The notes under the pieces are model-generated. The model worked only from the letters and a program-made list of their open reading frames with translations. It did no database searches and was not told the DNA's origin. DNA of 63,895 nucleotides from Candidatus Omnitrophota bacterium. Its GTDB lineage: Bacteria > Omnitrophota > Gorgyraeia > Duberdicusellales > 4484-171. The position numbers were made by a program, and so were the translations under genes. The DNA lies in the NCBI GenBank assembly GCA_014729775.1, contig WJJJ01000032.1, forward strand, positions 1 through 63,895, written 5' to 3'. Positions within the stretch are counted from its first letter, which is position 1. The number at the start of each line of letters is the position of its first letter. Positions 18,480 through 26,527 of this stretch are shown in pieces.

Positions 18480-20081
18480 ATGAAAAATTATCCTACCAAA
18501 ATAGTTTTACTCTGGCACATGCACCAGCCGAGTTACCGTCATCCGGAGAAACCGTATTTGCTGTTACCGTGGGTGAGACTGCGCGGGGTGAAAGATTACT
18601 ACGGGATGGCGCGGATGCTCGACCGGTTTCCCCAGGCAAAAGCGGTGGTAAATTTCAGCGGAGTGCTCCTTGAACAATTGAACGCGTACGCGAAGGGATC
18701 GGTAAAAGATCACGCGCTGGTGCTCTCGGAAAAGAAGCCGTCTGCGCTGAACGCGGAAGAATACCGGGTGCTGCGGGAACGGTTTTTTGACGTTCACTTT
18801 GAACACATGCTCAAACCCAATCCCCGGTATCTGGAGCTGTGGCAGAAGAAACAGGACGGAGTCAGATTTTCGCCGCAGGAAATCCTGGATCTGCAGGTGT
18901 GGTTTAATCTGGTCTGGTTTCATCCCTATACGCTCAAAGAAGAGGCGCGAGTGCGGCAGCTGAAGAAAAAGGGGAAGGGGTTCGAGGAGAGCGAAAAACA
19001 CTATGTGCTGTCGAAACACGCTTCCCTGATGCGAAAGATTTTACCGTTATATAAAAAACTGTCGGCGCAGAAAAAAATCGAGGTGACGCTATCTCCTTAT
19101 TATCATCCCATTTTGCCGCTGGTGCACGATAACCGCATCGTACGCCGCGTTCCCGGGGTCAAGGTGCCGCTGCGGAGATTTTCCGCGCCGGAAGACTGCC
19201 GCTGGCAGATAAGCGAATCAAAAAAAATATACCGTTCGATATTCGGCGGCCGGGCGCCGTCCGGCGCCTGGCCTTCCGAGGGGGCGATTTCCCGGGAAAC
19301 GCTGGAAATGATGGAACGGCAGGGGGTCCGCTGGGTCGGCACCGACGAAGCGTTACTGTATGAGAGTCTGGCCGGTGAGTTTGTGTCGGCCGAGATGCTG
19401 CGCAAACAGCGGCACCTGTTGTATCACCCTTATTCGTTTCGCCGCTTGAAGCTTTTCTTCCGTGACCGGGGATTGTCCGATCTGGTGAGCTTCGTGTATC
19501 AGGGCTGGGAAAATCAGGTAGCCGCCGCGGAGGATCTCATCGCGAATTTCCGCCGCATTCACTCGTCACTTTCTCATTTCACTCGGGAAAACGTGATCTC
19601 GATCATGATGGACGGGGAGAACGCCTGGGAGTATTACCGCAATAACGGAGTGGATTTCCTGGAGACATTATATACCCGCGTTGAAAAGGATGATTCTTTC
19701 TCTCTGGCCTATCCGCGCCAGCTTCTGCGGTCTCTTCGCGGGAAACACGTGCACGCTTTGCCCAAGATCGCGCCCGGCTCATGGATCAACGGGGATTTCG
19801 GCGTGTGGATCGGGAACGAGAGGAACAATACCTATTGGGATTTTCTGGCGCGAATCCGGAAATTGATTATGAAGAAAAAACGGACCAAGGCCGCGAAACA
19901 GGCGCGGCAGGTGCTCTATCGTTTGGAGAGCAGTGATTGGTTCTGGTGGAATACGTTTGACGATCCCCGGGGCGATTTTGAACGGATTTTTTTCGCGCTA
20001 TTGCGGAAAGCGTACCGCGTTCTGGGGAAAAAATATCCTGAACTGGAAAAGAGGTGGAAATCGGTAAAAAAAAGAACTTGA
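18480..20081 (+). CDS. GH57-family glycoside hydrolase (alpha-amylase / glucanotransferase type)
   Basis: 533 aa. 'IVLLWHMHQPSY', 'GVKDYYGM', 'MMDGENAWEYY' and 'GDFGVWIG' are GH57 conserved regions. Confidence 0.75.
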   Translation: MKNYPTKIVLLWHMHQPSYRHPEKPYLLLPWVRLRGVKDYYGMARMLDRFPQAKAVVNFSGVLLEQLNAYAKGSVKDHALVLSEKKPSALNAEEYRVLRERFFDVHFEHMLKPNPRYLELWQKKQDGVRFSPQEILDLQVWFNLVWFHPYTLKEEARVRQLKKKGKGFEESEKHYVLSKHASLMRKILPLYKKLSAQKKIEVTLSPYYHPILPLVHDNRIVRRVPGVKVPLRRFSAPEDCRWQISESKKIYRSIFGGRAPSGAWPSEGAISRETLEMMERQGVRWVGTDEALLYESLAGEFVSAEMLRKQRHLLYHPYSFRRLKLFFRDRGLSDLVSFVYQGWENQVAAAEDLIANFRRIHSSLSHFTRENVISIMMDGENAWEYYRNNGVDFLETLYTRVEKDDSFSLAYPRQLLRSLRGKHVHALPKIAPGSWINGDFGVWIGNERNNTYWDFLARIRKLIMKKKRTKAAKQARQVLYRLESSDWFWWNTFDDPRGDFERIFFALLRKAYRVLGKKYPELEKRWKSVKKRT

Positions 20082-20105
20082 ATATCAATGTATTTAGGAT
20101 AAAAT
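20078..20105 (+). promoter_or_regulatory. candidate promoter of the DUF2934 gene
   Basis: TTGAAT (20078-20083), 16 nt spacer, TAAAAT (20100-20105), in an AT-rich gap. Confidence 0.35.
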
Positions 20106-20156
20106 TTACTGTTCGAGAGTGACACTTCATAATACTTATACGGAAAGGAGGGGGAG

Positions 20157-20396
20157 ATGTTGATGAGAAGACGCAAAACGACCAAAGCACCGGAGAAAAA
20201 AATGGTGAAAAAACCGGCGAAAATGAGCAGGAAAAAAAACCGGGGACCGCAAAAAGGAATGCTCAATGAGGCCCTGCTCAATCAAATGATCCAGGAACGG
20301 GCGTATTTTATCTGGGAAGAAAAAGGGAAACCGGCCGCGCAGGATGTCCAGATTTGGAGTGAAGCCGAACGGGAGATCCGCGCGCAGTTTTCCTGA
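20157..20396 (+). CDS. DUF2934 domain protein with basic N-terminal tail
   Basis: 'ERAYFIWEEKGKPAAQDVQIWSEAEREI' matches the DUF2934 motif. The N-terminal 35 residues are K/R-rich. Confidence 0.6.
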   Translation: MLMRRRKTTKAPEKKMVKKPAKMSRKKNRGPQKGMLNEALLNQMIQERAYFIWEEKGKPAAQDVQIWSEAEREIRAQFS

Positions 20397-20407
20397 AAGG
20401 AGCTTGC

Positions 20408-20818
20408 ATGCAGTGTGTCAAAGCGCAAGAGCTAGTAGTGGTCGCTGATGATTCAGTCGGGAAACTGGCGGAAATTTCCGGACTTCTCCAACAGCAGGGG
20501 ATTAACATTCGGGCGGTGAGCGCGTGGCAGGCGGAAGGGAAGGCCTATTTCCGGCTGGTTACTTCCGACAACGGCGCCGCGGAAAAGGCGCTGGCTTCGC
20601 TGGGAGAAGTTTCCCGGAAGGAAGTAGTGTTGGTCGATATGCCGGATGAAGTCGGGAAACTTTCCGAGTTCGCCGGAAAGCTCGGGGAAGAGGGGGTGAA
20701 TATTACCCATCTTTACGGTACTACTTCTGAGCCGGGGAAGTCGGCAATAGTCGTGTTTTCCTCTTTTGACAACGAAAAGGCAATGGCGTGTTTGGGCTCG
20801 AACGCGGCAGGGTCTTAA
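20408..20818 (+). CDS. tandem ACT-domain protein
   Basis: Two repeats of the 'V..D.VGKLAEISG.L...GINI' beta-alpha-beta pattern. 136 aa. Confidence 0.6.
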   Translation: MQCVKAQELVVVADDSVGKLAEISGLLQQQGINIRAVSAWQAEGKAYFRLVTSDNGAAEKALASLGEVSRKEVVLVDMPDEVGKLSEFAGKLGEEGVNITHLYGTTSEPGKSAIVVFSSFDNEKAMACLGSNAAGS

Positions 20819-22014
20819 GCGAAATTCCGAGAGGTTTTCTCTGGGGCGCCGCCATATCCAGTTATCAGTGTGAGGGCGGCAATACCGCGAGTGACTGGTG
20901 TGTCTGGGAACGGCAAAAGAAGCTTACCGCCGCCGGTGACGCCAGCCGTCATTATACTCTTTTCGACGATGATTTCTCTCTGGCCCGGGAAACGGGTCTC
21001 AACAGCCTCAGGTTTTCTTTAGAGTGGGCCCGGCTGCAGCCCGCGGCCGGCGGATGGAACGAACAGGAATTTGCCCATTACGAAACCGTGCTTTCCAGTC
21101 TCGCCGCGCATCAGCTCGTTCCTTTCATCACGCTTCATCATTTCACGTTGCCGTTATGGTATGCGGCCCGCGGAGGATTTGAGAATCCGCGCAATATCGA
21201 TTTGTTCCTGCGTTATCTTCGTGAAGCCGCCGTGCGCTTTCGGGACCGGGCGGTGTATTGGATCATTTTCAACGAGCCTCTGGTGTACATAGTGAACGGA
21301 TACCTTCGGGGTATCTGGCCGCCGGGGAAAAAGTCGCTCTCCTCCGCGCTCAGGACACTCAAAAACATCCTGTCCTGTTATGAAACCGCCTACCAGGAAA
21401 TGAAACAAATATACGGATCTCGTGAGTGCCGGATCTCGCTGAGCAAACATTTTCGTGTTTTTTTCCCCTGCAACCGGTATCACATTTTTGACCGTCTGTC
21501 CAGCGGCGTACGGGCGAAATCGTTCAATTTTTGGCTCGATGACCTGTTGGCGCGAAGGAGACTTCTTGATTTCGTCGGCGTCAATTATTACTGCGGCGAG
21601 TTTGTCCGGACAAAAGGCCTGTTCGGCGCCGAATGCGCGCATACCGGGCACGCGCTGTCACGGAACGCGGTGGGGTGGTATCTGTATCCGGAAGGGCTGA
21701 AAAAGATTTTGATGCGGCTGAAAAGACTTTCCCTGCCGGTGATCGTTACCGAAAACGGAACCGCCGAAACCGACGAAGCGCGGTACGCGGAGTATCTCCG
21801 GCGTCATCTGGAACAGGTCGCTGCCGCGCGCGCCGAAGGGGTGGACCTGCGGGGCTATTTCTGGTGGTCCTTGATCGACAATTTTGAGTGGGATCTTGGG
21901 TTCGGACCGAGATTCGGATTATACCGGGTCGATTACCGGACCTACGAACGGGTAATGCGGCCGCACGCGGCACTATACCGGGATCTCATCCGCGGTGCCG
22001 GAGGCGGTAGGTGA
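20788..22014 (+). CDS. GH1-family beta-glucosidase
   Basis: 'FLWGAAISSYQCEG', the acid/base motif 'IIFNEPLVY' and the nucleophile motif 'VIVTENGTAE'. The GTG start is uncertain. Confidence 0.8.
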   Translation: MFGLERGRVLSEIPRGFLWGAAISSYQCEGGNTASDWCVWERQKKLTAAGDASRHYTLFDDDFSLARETGLNSLRFSLEWARLQPAAGGWNEQEFAHYETVLSSLAAHQLVPFITLHHFTLPLWYAARGGFENPRNIDLFLRYLREAAVRFRDRAVYWIIFNEPLVYIVNGYLRGIWPPGKKSLSSALRTLKNILSCYETAYQEMKQIYGSRECRISLSKHFRVFFPCNRYHIFDRLSSGVRAKSFNFWLDDLLARRRLLDFVGVNYYCGEFVRTKGLFGAECAHTGHALSRNAVGWYLYPEGLKKILMRLKRLSLPVIVTENGTAETDEARYAEYLRRHLEQVAAARAEGVDLRGYFWWSLIDNFEWDLGFGPRFGLYRVDYRTYERVMRPHAALYRDLIRGAGGGR

Positions 22015-22109
22015 GGCGCGGAAATTACGCCCGGAAAAATTCATTGCGTCAGCGGGGAAATACGGTATAGTATACGTTCAGAGAGCGGAGCCCGCAGAAG
22101 CAGGAGAGA

Positions 22110-22949
22110 GTGATGAAGAAGTTTTGTGTGACGCTGTGTGTGTTGGTATCGGGAGTACTCGGCGGCGCGTATGCGCAGGAAATCGAGGATCGGTTCCAGG
22201 GAGACGATACCATAAGTTACCGGGTGTACTTTAACGGGATCCCCGTCGGGAAAACGGAATGGACCTATATCGGCACCGAAGACGTGCGGGGAGTATCGGC
22301 CGAAGTGCTTGAGATCCAGTCAGATGCGAAAATTTTGCACTTTCTTGATTTGAAAGGGGAAGAACGGGTGTATTTGCACGGGGAAACGCATCTTCCGGTT
22401 CAGGTCGAGAGGGATATTGTTTTTTTCGGGCGCAAAGAAAGAATTCGCGAAGTGTATAACCAGCAGGAAGGGGTGGTAAAGGTACATAAACAGAATTCGA
22501 AAGAGGAGAAGAAAACCATCCGTCAGCAGCCGCCGATCCATAATATTCTCTCTCTCTTGTATTTTTTCCCCGACGATACTGGTCTGCAGAAAGGAGAAAC
22601 CGAAGTATACCGCCTTCCGACGCAGGAAGTGGAAATCAATTTCCACTCGCAAAAAGTACTCAAATTTCACGGAGAGGAGCGCGACACTTATTTTCTGGTA
22701 GGACGGGGAGCGAAAAGGTTTAATCTCTGGCTGGATCAAGATCTTCGCCTGCCGTTACGACTGGAATTTTTCATCCCCTTCGGCAAGATCACGATCGTAA
22801 AGGAAAAATCGGACCTTAATGTATCTGCAGCAGGGAATTCCGCCCCCCGAATGAATCGTTTTCACTTAAGGCGTTGTGCGGATCAGGGATCCATTTATTC
22901 TCGGCAAGGAATTTATACCGATAAGTTCCTTTTTCAAGAGAAAGATTAA
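22110..22949 (+). CDS. secreted DUF3108-like protein
   Basis: Signal peptide 'MMKKFCVTLCVLVSGVLGGAYAQ' and a beta-rich body ('YRVYFNGIPVGKTEWTY'). The last ~45 codons run antisense to the ParA-CBM48 gene, so the true 3' end is uncertain. Confidence 0.45.
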   Translation: MMKKFCVTLCVLVSGVLGGAYAQEIEDRFQGDDTISYRVYFNGIPVGKTEWTYIGTEDVRGVSAEVLEIQSDAKILHFLDLKGEERVYLHGETHLPVQVERDIVFFGRKERIREVYNQQEGVVKVHKQNSKEEKKTIRQQPPIHNILSLLYFFPDDTGLQKGETEVYRLPTQEVEINFHSQKVLKFHGEERDTYFLVGRGAKRFNLWLDQDLRLPLRLEFFIPFGKITIVKEKSDLNVSAAGNSAPRMNRFHLRRCADQGSIYSRQGIYTDKFLFQEKD

Positions 22950-23841
22950 TGCTCCAGAGATCCGGTCCTATTTTCTTCAATTTATAGGAATCCTCTTTTT
23001 GCCAGTCGTTAAAATCTCCGACCACGTACACTTCTTCCAGATTTTGTTTTTTCAGGAAAAGCGGTGTCCAGGAGACTTCACCGGTGATCCGTTGCATTTC
23101 TTTCGCCAGCGAGCGGAAGTCCTCCGCGCCGCGGGAGTCCGGCTTAAAGCGAAACACGTCGCAGCCGTTCGCCGACGCTTCCTTTAAGTGCACGTTGGTC
23201 CGGATACGGGAGGAAAGCAGTAAATTTCCCATTTGTTGCCGTGTCTTTTGGAGAAATTGTTTCACGTACCGCGAACGCTGGTCAACCTGGTTGAGCAGGT
23301 AAAACGGCGCCGGCGCGCTGCCTTTGAATTCTTTGATCATTAAGAGAATATTCTTCAGGATTTGCGTGCCCTGAAGAGAGAAGTCGCACGTCATCAGGGG
23401 GATGAGCGCGTATTCGCTCGCGACCAACGCGTTCAGCGTGAGCAGTCCCAGGTTGGGCGGACAGTCGATCAAGAGGTAGTCGAAATCAAGCCCGGCCGAG
23501 AGGAGGAATTTTTCGACAATTTTCAGCTTGTCATCCCGCGAGGTAAGGGTATGTTCCAGTGACGCCAGGCCGAGCGAAGCCGGAAGGAGGTGAAAATTCG
23601 GCGCGAGTTCAACGGTCAGGTTTCCCTCGGGAAAGGAGCGGTTCGTTGAGGCCGCTTCCAGCAGATCCGTGATCGTGACCCGAGGAGTTTCGCGGAGAAC
23701 CGAGAAGGTCGCGTGGCTTTGCGGGTCCAGGTCAATGAGCAGTACCCGTTTTCCTCCCTGGCCCAGCGCCGCGGCGAGATTCACGGCGGTGATCGTTTTT
23801 CCGCATCCTCCTTTTTGATTCACCACGGATATAATTTTCAT
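22816..23841 (-). CDS. ParA/MinD-family ATPase fused to a C-terminal CBM48 (AMPK-beta type glycogen-binding) module
   Basis: Deviant Walker A 'NQKGGCGKT' and 'LLIDLDPQ', 'LIDCPP'. The C-terminal 85 aa ('VYVVGDFNDWQKEDSYKLKKIGPDLWSINLSLEKGTYRYKFLAENKWIPDPHN') match CBM48/E-set. The ATG at 23841 is preceded by AGGAGGGGG. Confidence 0.8.
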   Translation of the reverse strand: MKIISVVNQKGGCGKTITAVNLAAALGQGGKRVLLIDLDPQSHATFSVLRETPRVTITDLLEAASTNRSFPEGNLTVELAPNFHLLPASLGLASLEHTLTSRDDKLKIVEKFLLSAGLDFDYLLIDCPPNLGLLTLNALVASEYALIPLMTCDFSLQGTQILKNILLMIKEFKGSAPAPFYLLNQVDQRSRYVKQFLQKTRQQMGNLLLSSRIRTNVHLKEASANGCDVFRFKPDSRGAEDFRSLAKEMQRITGEVSWTPLFLKKQNLEEVYVVGDFNDWQKEDSYKLKKIGPDLWSINLSLEKGTYRYKFLAENKWIPDPHNALSENDSFGGRNSLLQIH

Positions 23842-24551
23842 TCCCCCTCCTTTTTGGCCAGCACAAGATCTTTTACGAGTACCCATTCTATTTCCTGCTC
23901 GCGCCGCATGGAAACCGGCACCGGTTCAGCTTCGCTATCGAGACGGGAAACAAATACTTTAAGCTGTGACGTTCTGGTGATATTGGTGTTTTGCAGCTCG
24001 GCGTTCGCCAGCGTGATCGGTACTTTTACGTAGGTGAGCTCTTTTTCCGGGATGTCAATATGCACGGGGTAAAGAGAATTCGAGTGGTATTGGGTGTCTC
24101 TGAGCACTAATTCCATGTGAATGGGGATTTCTGATTTCTGGATAACCATCGCCAGCCGGTGGGTATTCAGATTCACGGGCGAAGCGAAGGTGACGGTCAC
24201 GCCCGTGGCTCCTTTTGACGGGAGCGCGATGTACGCGCTGCGGCCCCGTTTCCTGAACCGCTGCGCGCTGGCTCTGACCGGCCGGAATACGGCTCCTTTA
24301 TGGAGCAGTGAGATTTCCTGTTCCGAACTGTTCCCTAACTTCCGCGGAATAAAGAAAAACTGGTAGTGAGAAAATACCAGTACAATGAGGGCGATTCCCA
24401 GAAAAACTCCCGCGCCGATCCAAAACGGTTTTTTGTTTCGGGGAGGCCGGGAAGGGGCAGAAAAAAACGCGTCTTTGAGCCGTTGTGAATCGAGGTACGT
24501 GTATGAGAACGTCATATCTTCTTTTTTCTCCATAACAGTGTATATTAGCAT
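23838..24551 (-). CDS. single-pass membrane protein, translationally coupled to ParA-CBM48
   Basis: A short N-terminal region, TM segment 'FWIGAGVFLGIALIVLVFSHYQFFF', and a ~170-aa beta-rich C-terminal domain. Its stop overlaps the ParA start (ATGA). The start may instead be the ATG at 24533. No family was recognised. Confidence 0.5.
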   Translation of the reverse strand: MLIYTVMEKKEDMTFSYTYLDSQRLKDAFFSAPSRPPRNKKPFWIGAGVFLGIALIVLVFSHYQFFFIPRKLGNSSEQEISLLHKGAVFRPVRASAQRFRKRGRSAYIALPSKGATGVTVTFASPVNLNTHRLAMVIQKSEIPIHMELVLRDTQYHSNSLYPVHIDIPEKELTYVKVPITLANAELQNTNITRTSQLKVFVSRLDSEAEPVPVSMRREQEIEWVLVKDLVLAKKEGE

Positions 24552-24570
24552 TGAATTATTCCCAAATCAA
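24542..24570 (-). promoter_or_regulatory. candidate promoter of the membrane-protein/ParA-CBM48 operon
   Basis: On the minus strand: TTGATT (24570-24565), 17 nt spacer, TAATAT (24547-24542). The ATG at 24533 lies 9 nt downstream, so the mRNA may be leaderless. Confidence 0.4.
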
Positions 24571-24579
24571 CTATATAAT
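24551..24579 (+). promoter_or_regulatory. near-consensus sigma70-type promoter of lpxA
   Basis: TTGAAT (24551-24556), 17 nt spacer, TATAAT (24574-24579). It overlaps the divergent promoter. Confidence 0.55.
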
Positions 24580-24668
24580 CACTCTGGACAGATCATGGAA
24601 AGAGGCTGGGTGCTTGATCCTGGATGCGGGGCGTCGGGGAAAGAAGCCGGGAGGAAACGGAAGAGCAC

Positions 24669-25553
24669 ATGGAAGATCGACAGAATCAGGACATTCATCC
24701 AACTGCGGTGATCGAGGAGGGCGCGCGGCTTGGTTCCGGAGTATCGGTCGGGCCTTATGCGGTGATCGAGGCCGGAGTGCGCCTGGACGATGACGTCAGC
24801 ATCGGGCCGCACGCCCATGTGAAAGGCCGTACCCGGGTAGGAGCCGGTACGACCATCGGTACCGGCGCGCAGCTCGGGGAACGTCCCCAGATGAGAAAAA
24901 ATGAACCCGTGCCGGGGAATCTTGAGATCGGCCGCGGAAACGTGATTCGCGAATACGTGACGATTCACGTATCGACTTCGCCGGAGACGGCGACCCGCAT
25001 CGGGGATGACAATTTTCTCATGGGGTTTTCTCATGTCGCTCATGATTGTCAACTCGGCGATTCGATCACGATGTGCAACGGAACGCTCGTCGCCGGCCAC
25101 GCGCAGATCGAATCCCGGGCTTTTCTTTCGGGCAACGTCACCGTGCATCAGTTCGTGCGTATCGGCCAGCTGGCGATGATCGGCGGATTAGCCCGGGTCA
25201 ATCAGGATGTTCCGCCGTATATGATGATAGTAGGCGATTCCCGGGTGTGGGGGTTGAACGTAGTCGGTCTGCGGCGGGCCGGAGTATCGCGGGAGGAAAT
25301 GAAACTGCTCAAAAAAGCCCACGCCGTTCTTTATCGCCGCGGCCTTTCCCCGCGTCACGCGCGGGAAGAACTGCGGAAAATGGATTCACCGCTGATCCAC
25401 TCTTTATCCCGGTTCCTTGACGAGTCGCGGCGCGGCGTGTGCGGACCGAGAAAGGGAACGTTATGGGAAACACTCTTTCTCGAGTATCCGTATTTCGTGC
25501 GTACCGCCGTTCCTGCGTACCGCCATTTTCTCCGCGGTGAACGCCGGACCTAA
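24669..25553 (+). CDS. lpxA: acyl-ACP--UDP-N-acetylglucosamine O-acyltransferase
   Basis: Left-handed beta-helix hexapeptide repeats starting 'IHPTAVIEEGARLGSGVSVGPYAVIEAGVRLDDDVSIGPHAHV', then a C-terminal helical domain. The ATG at 24669 fits the canonical N-terminus. Confidence 0.85.
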   Translation: MEDRQNQDIHPTAVIEEGARLGSGVSVGPYAVIEAGVRLDDDVSIGPHAHVKGRTRVGAGTTIGTGAQLGERPQMRKNEPVPGNLEIGRGNVIREYVTIHVSTSPETATRIGDDNFLMGFSHVAHDCQLGDSITMCNGTLVAGHAQIESRAFLSGNVTVHQFVRIGQLAMIGGLARVNQDVPPYMMIVGDSRVWGLNVVGLRRAGVSREEMKLLKKAHAVLYRRGLSPRHAREELRKMDSPLIHSLSRFLDESRRGVCGPRKGTLWETLFLEYPYFVRTAVPAYRHFLRGERRT

Positions 25554-25632
25554 GGTCTGCTTTCTTTTTCTCTTCTTCATTTCCCCGATGTACACTCCGG
25601 GTGCGCGCATGAGGGAGGATTCCCGAACGGAG

Positions 25633-26421
25633 TTATTCCGGTTTTTCCGCGGGGGGCGAAGACGGGATGGTTTTTGTCGCGAATACGATCCATCCGGTGT
25701 GTGACGGCATTCTTTGCTCGGGGCGGGTTTTCCCCGGCCGTACCAAAATCTTCCGGAGAAAGATTTCCATACTTTCGATATTGGTGAATTCGTTTTCTTT
25801 CAACGTGAACACCGTACGCGAGAGCTGTTCGAATGTCGGGCAGATAGTGGCCAGCACCGCGCCTCCTTTTAAGGCCTTGCGCGCGGGTTCGATCAATTCC
25901 CAGGGACTGCCGATGTCGATCATTACGAAGTCGGCGTCTTTTTCTTCATATTCGTCGATCACCTCGCGGTGTTTGAATTCGACCCATTCCGCCAGTCCGT
26001 TTTTTTCGATATTTGCCCGCGCGTTCTTTAAGAATATTTCATTTCGCTCGTAGCTGTATACTTTCCCTCGGGGCCGGACGAAATTTGCCAGGGCGGTGGT
26101 GAGCGCGCCGCTGCCCGCGCCGGATTCAATCACTTTCGCTCCGGGGTAAATTTGCGCCTTCATCAGGATCATGCCGATATCCTTCGGGTAGAGAATCTGG
26201 GTTTTCCGTTTGATCAGCATGATTTTCTCGTGTAACGAGGGCCGTAAAAGGGAAAAGGGCTTTCCCAGATTGGTATAGACCGTTTCCCCGTAACTGCGGC
26301 CGATGAGCTCTTGGAGATCTATGAATCCCTGATCGGTATGCAGACGCCGTTTCCCCGCACTGCGCAGAAAGCTGCGGCGGTAATCGTGAAAGAGGTATAC
26401 CAGGTCGCCTTCTCGAATCAT
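25633..26421 (-). CDS. trmI: tRNA (adenine-N1)-methyltransferase (TrmI/Gcd14 family)
   Basis: N-terminal beta domain 'EGDLVYLFHDYRRSFL...' and SAM motif 'VIESGAGSGALTTALA'. Confidence 0.8.
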   Translation of the reverse strand: MIREGDLVYLFHDYRRSFLRSAGKRRLHTDQGFIDLQELIGRSYGETVYTNLGKPFSLLRPSLHEKIMLIKRKTQILYPKDIGMILMKAQIYPGAKVIESGAGSGALTTALANFVRPRGKVYSYERNEIFLKNARANIEKNGLAEWVEFKHREVIDEYEEKDADFVMIDIGSPWELIEPARKALKGGAVLATICPTFEQLSRTVFTLKENEFTNIESMEIFLRKILVRPGKTRPEQRMPSHTGWIVFATKTIPSSPPAEKPE

Positions 26422-26527
26422 TGTCTAGATATTATCACTATAAAAAAATCTTGCAACACATATCAGTTTGTAATAAACTTTTGCATGGATACGCGCATGT
26501 CATTATGTCCGAAATCCTTACATTCCC

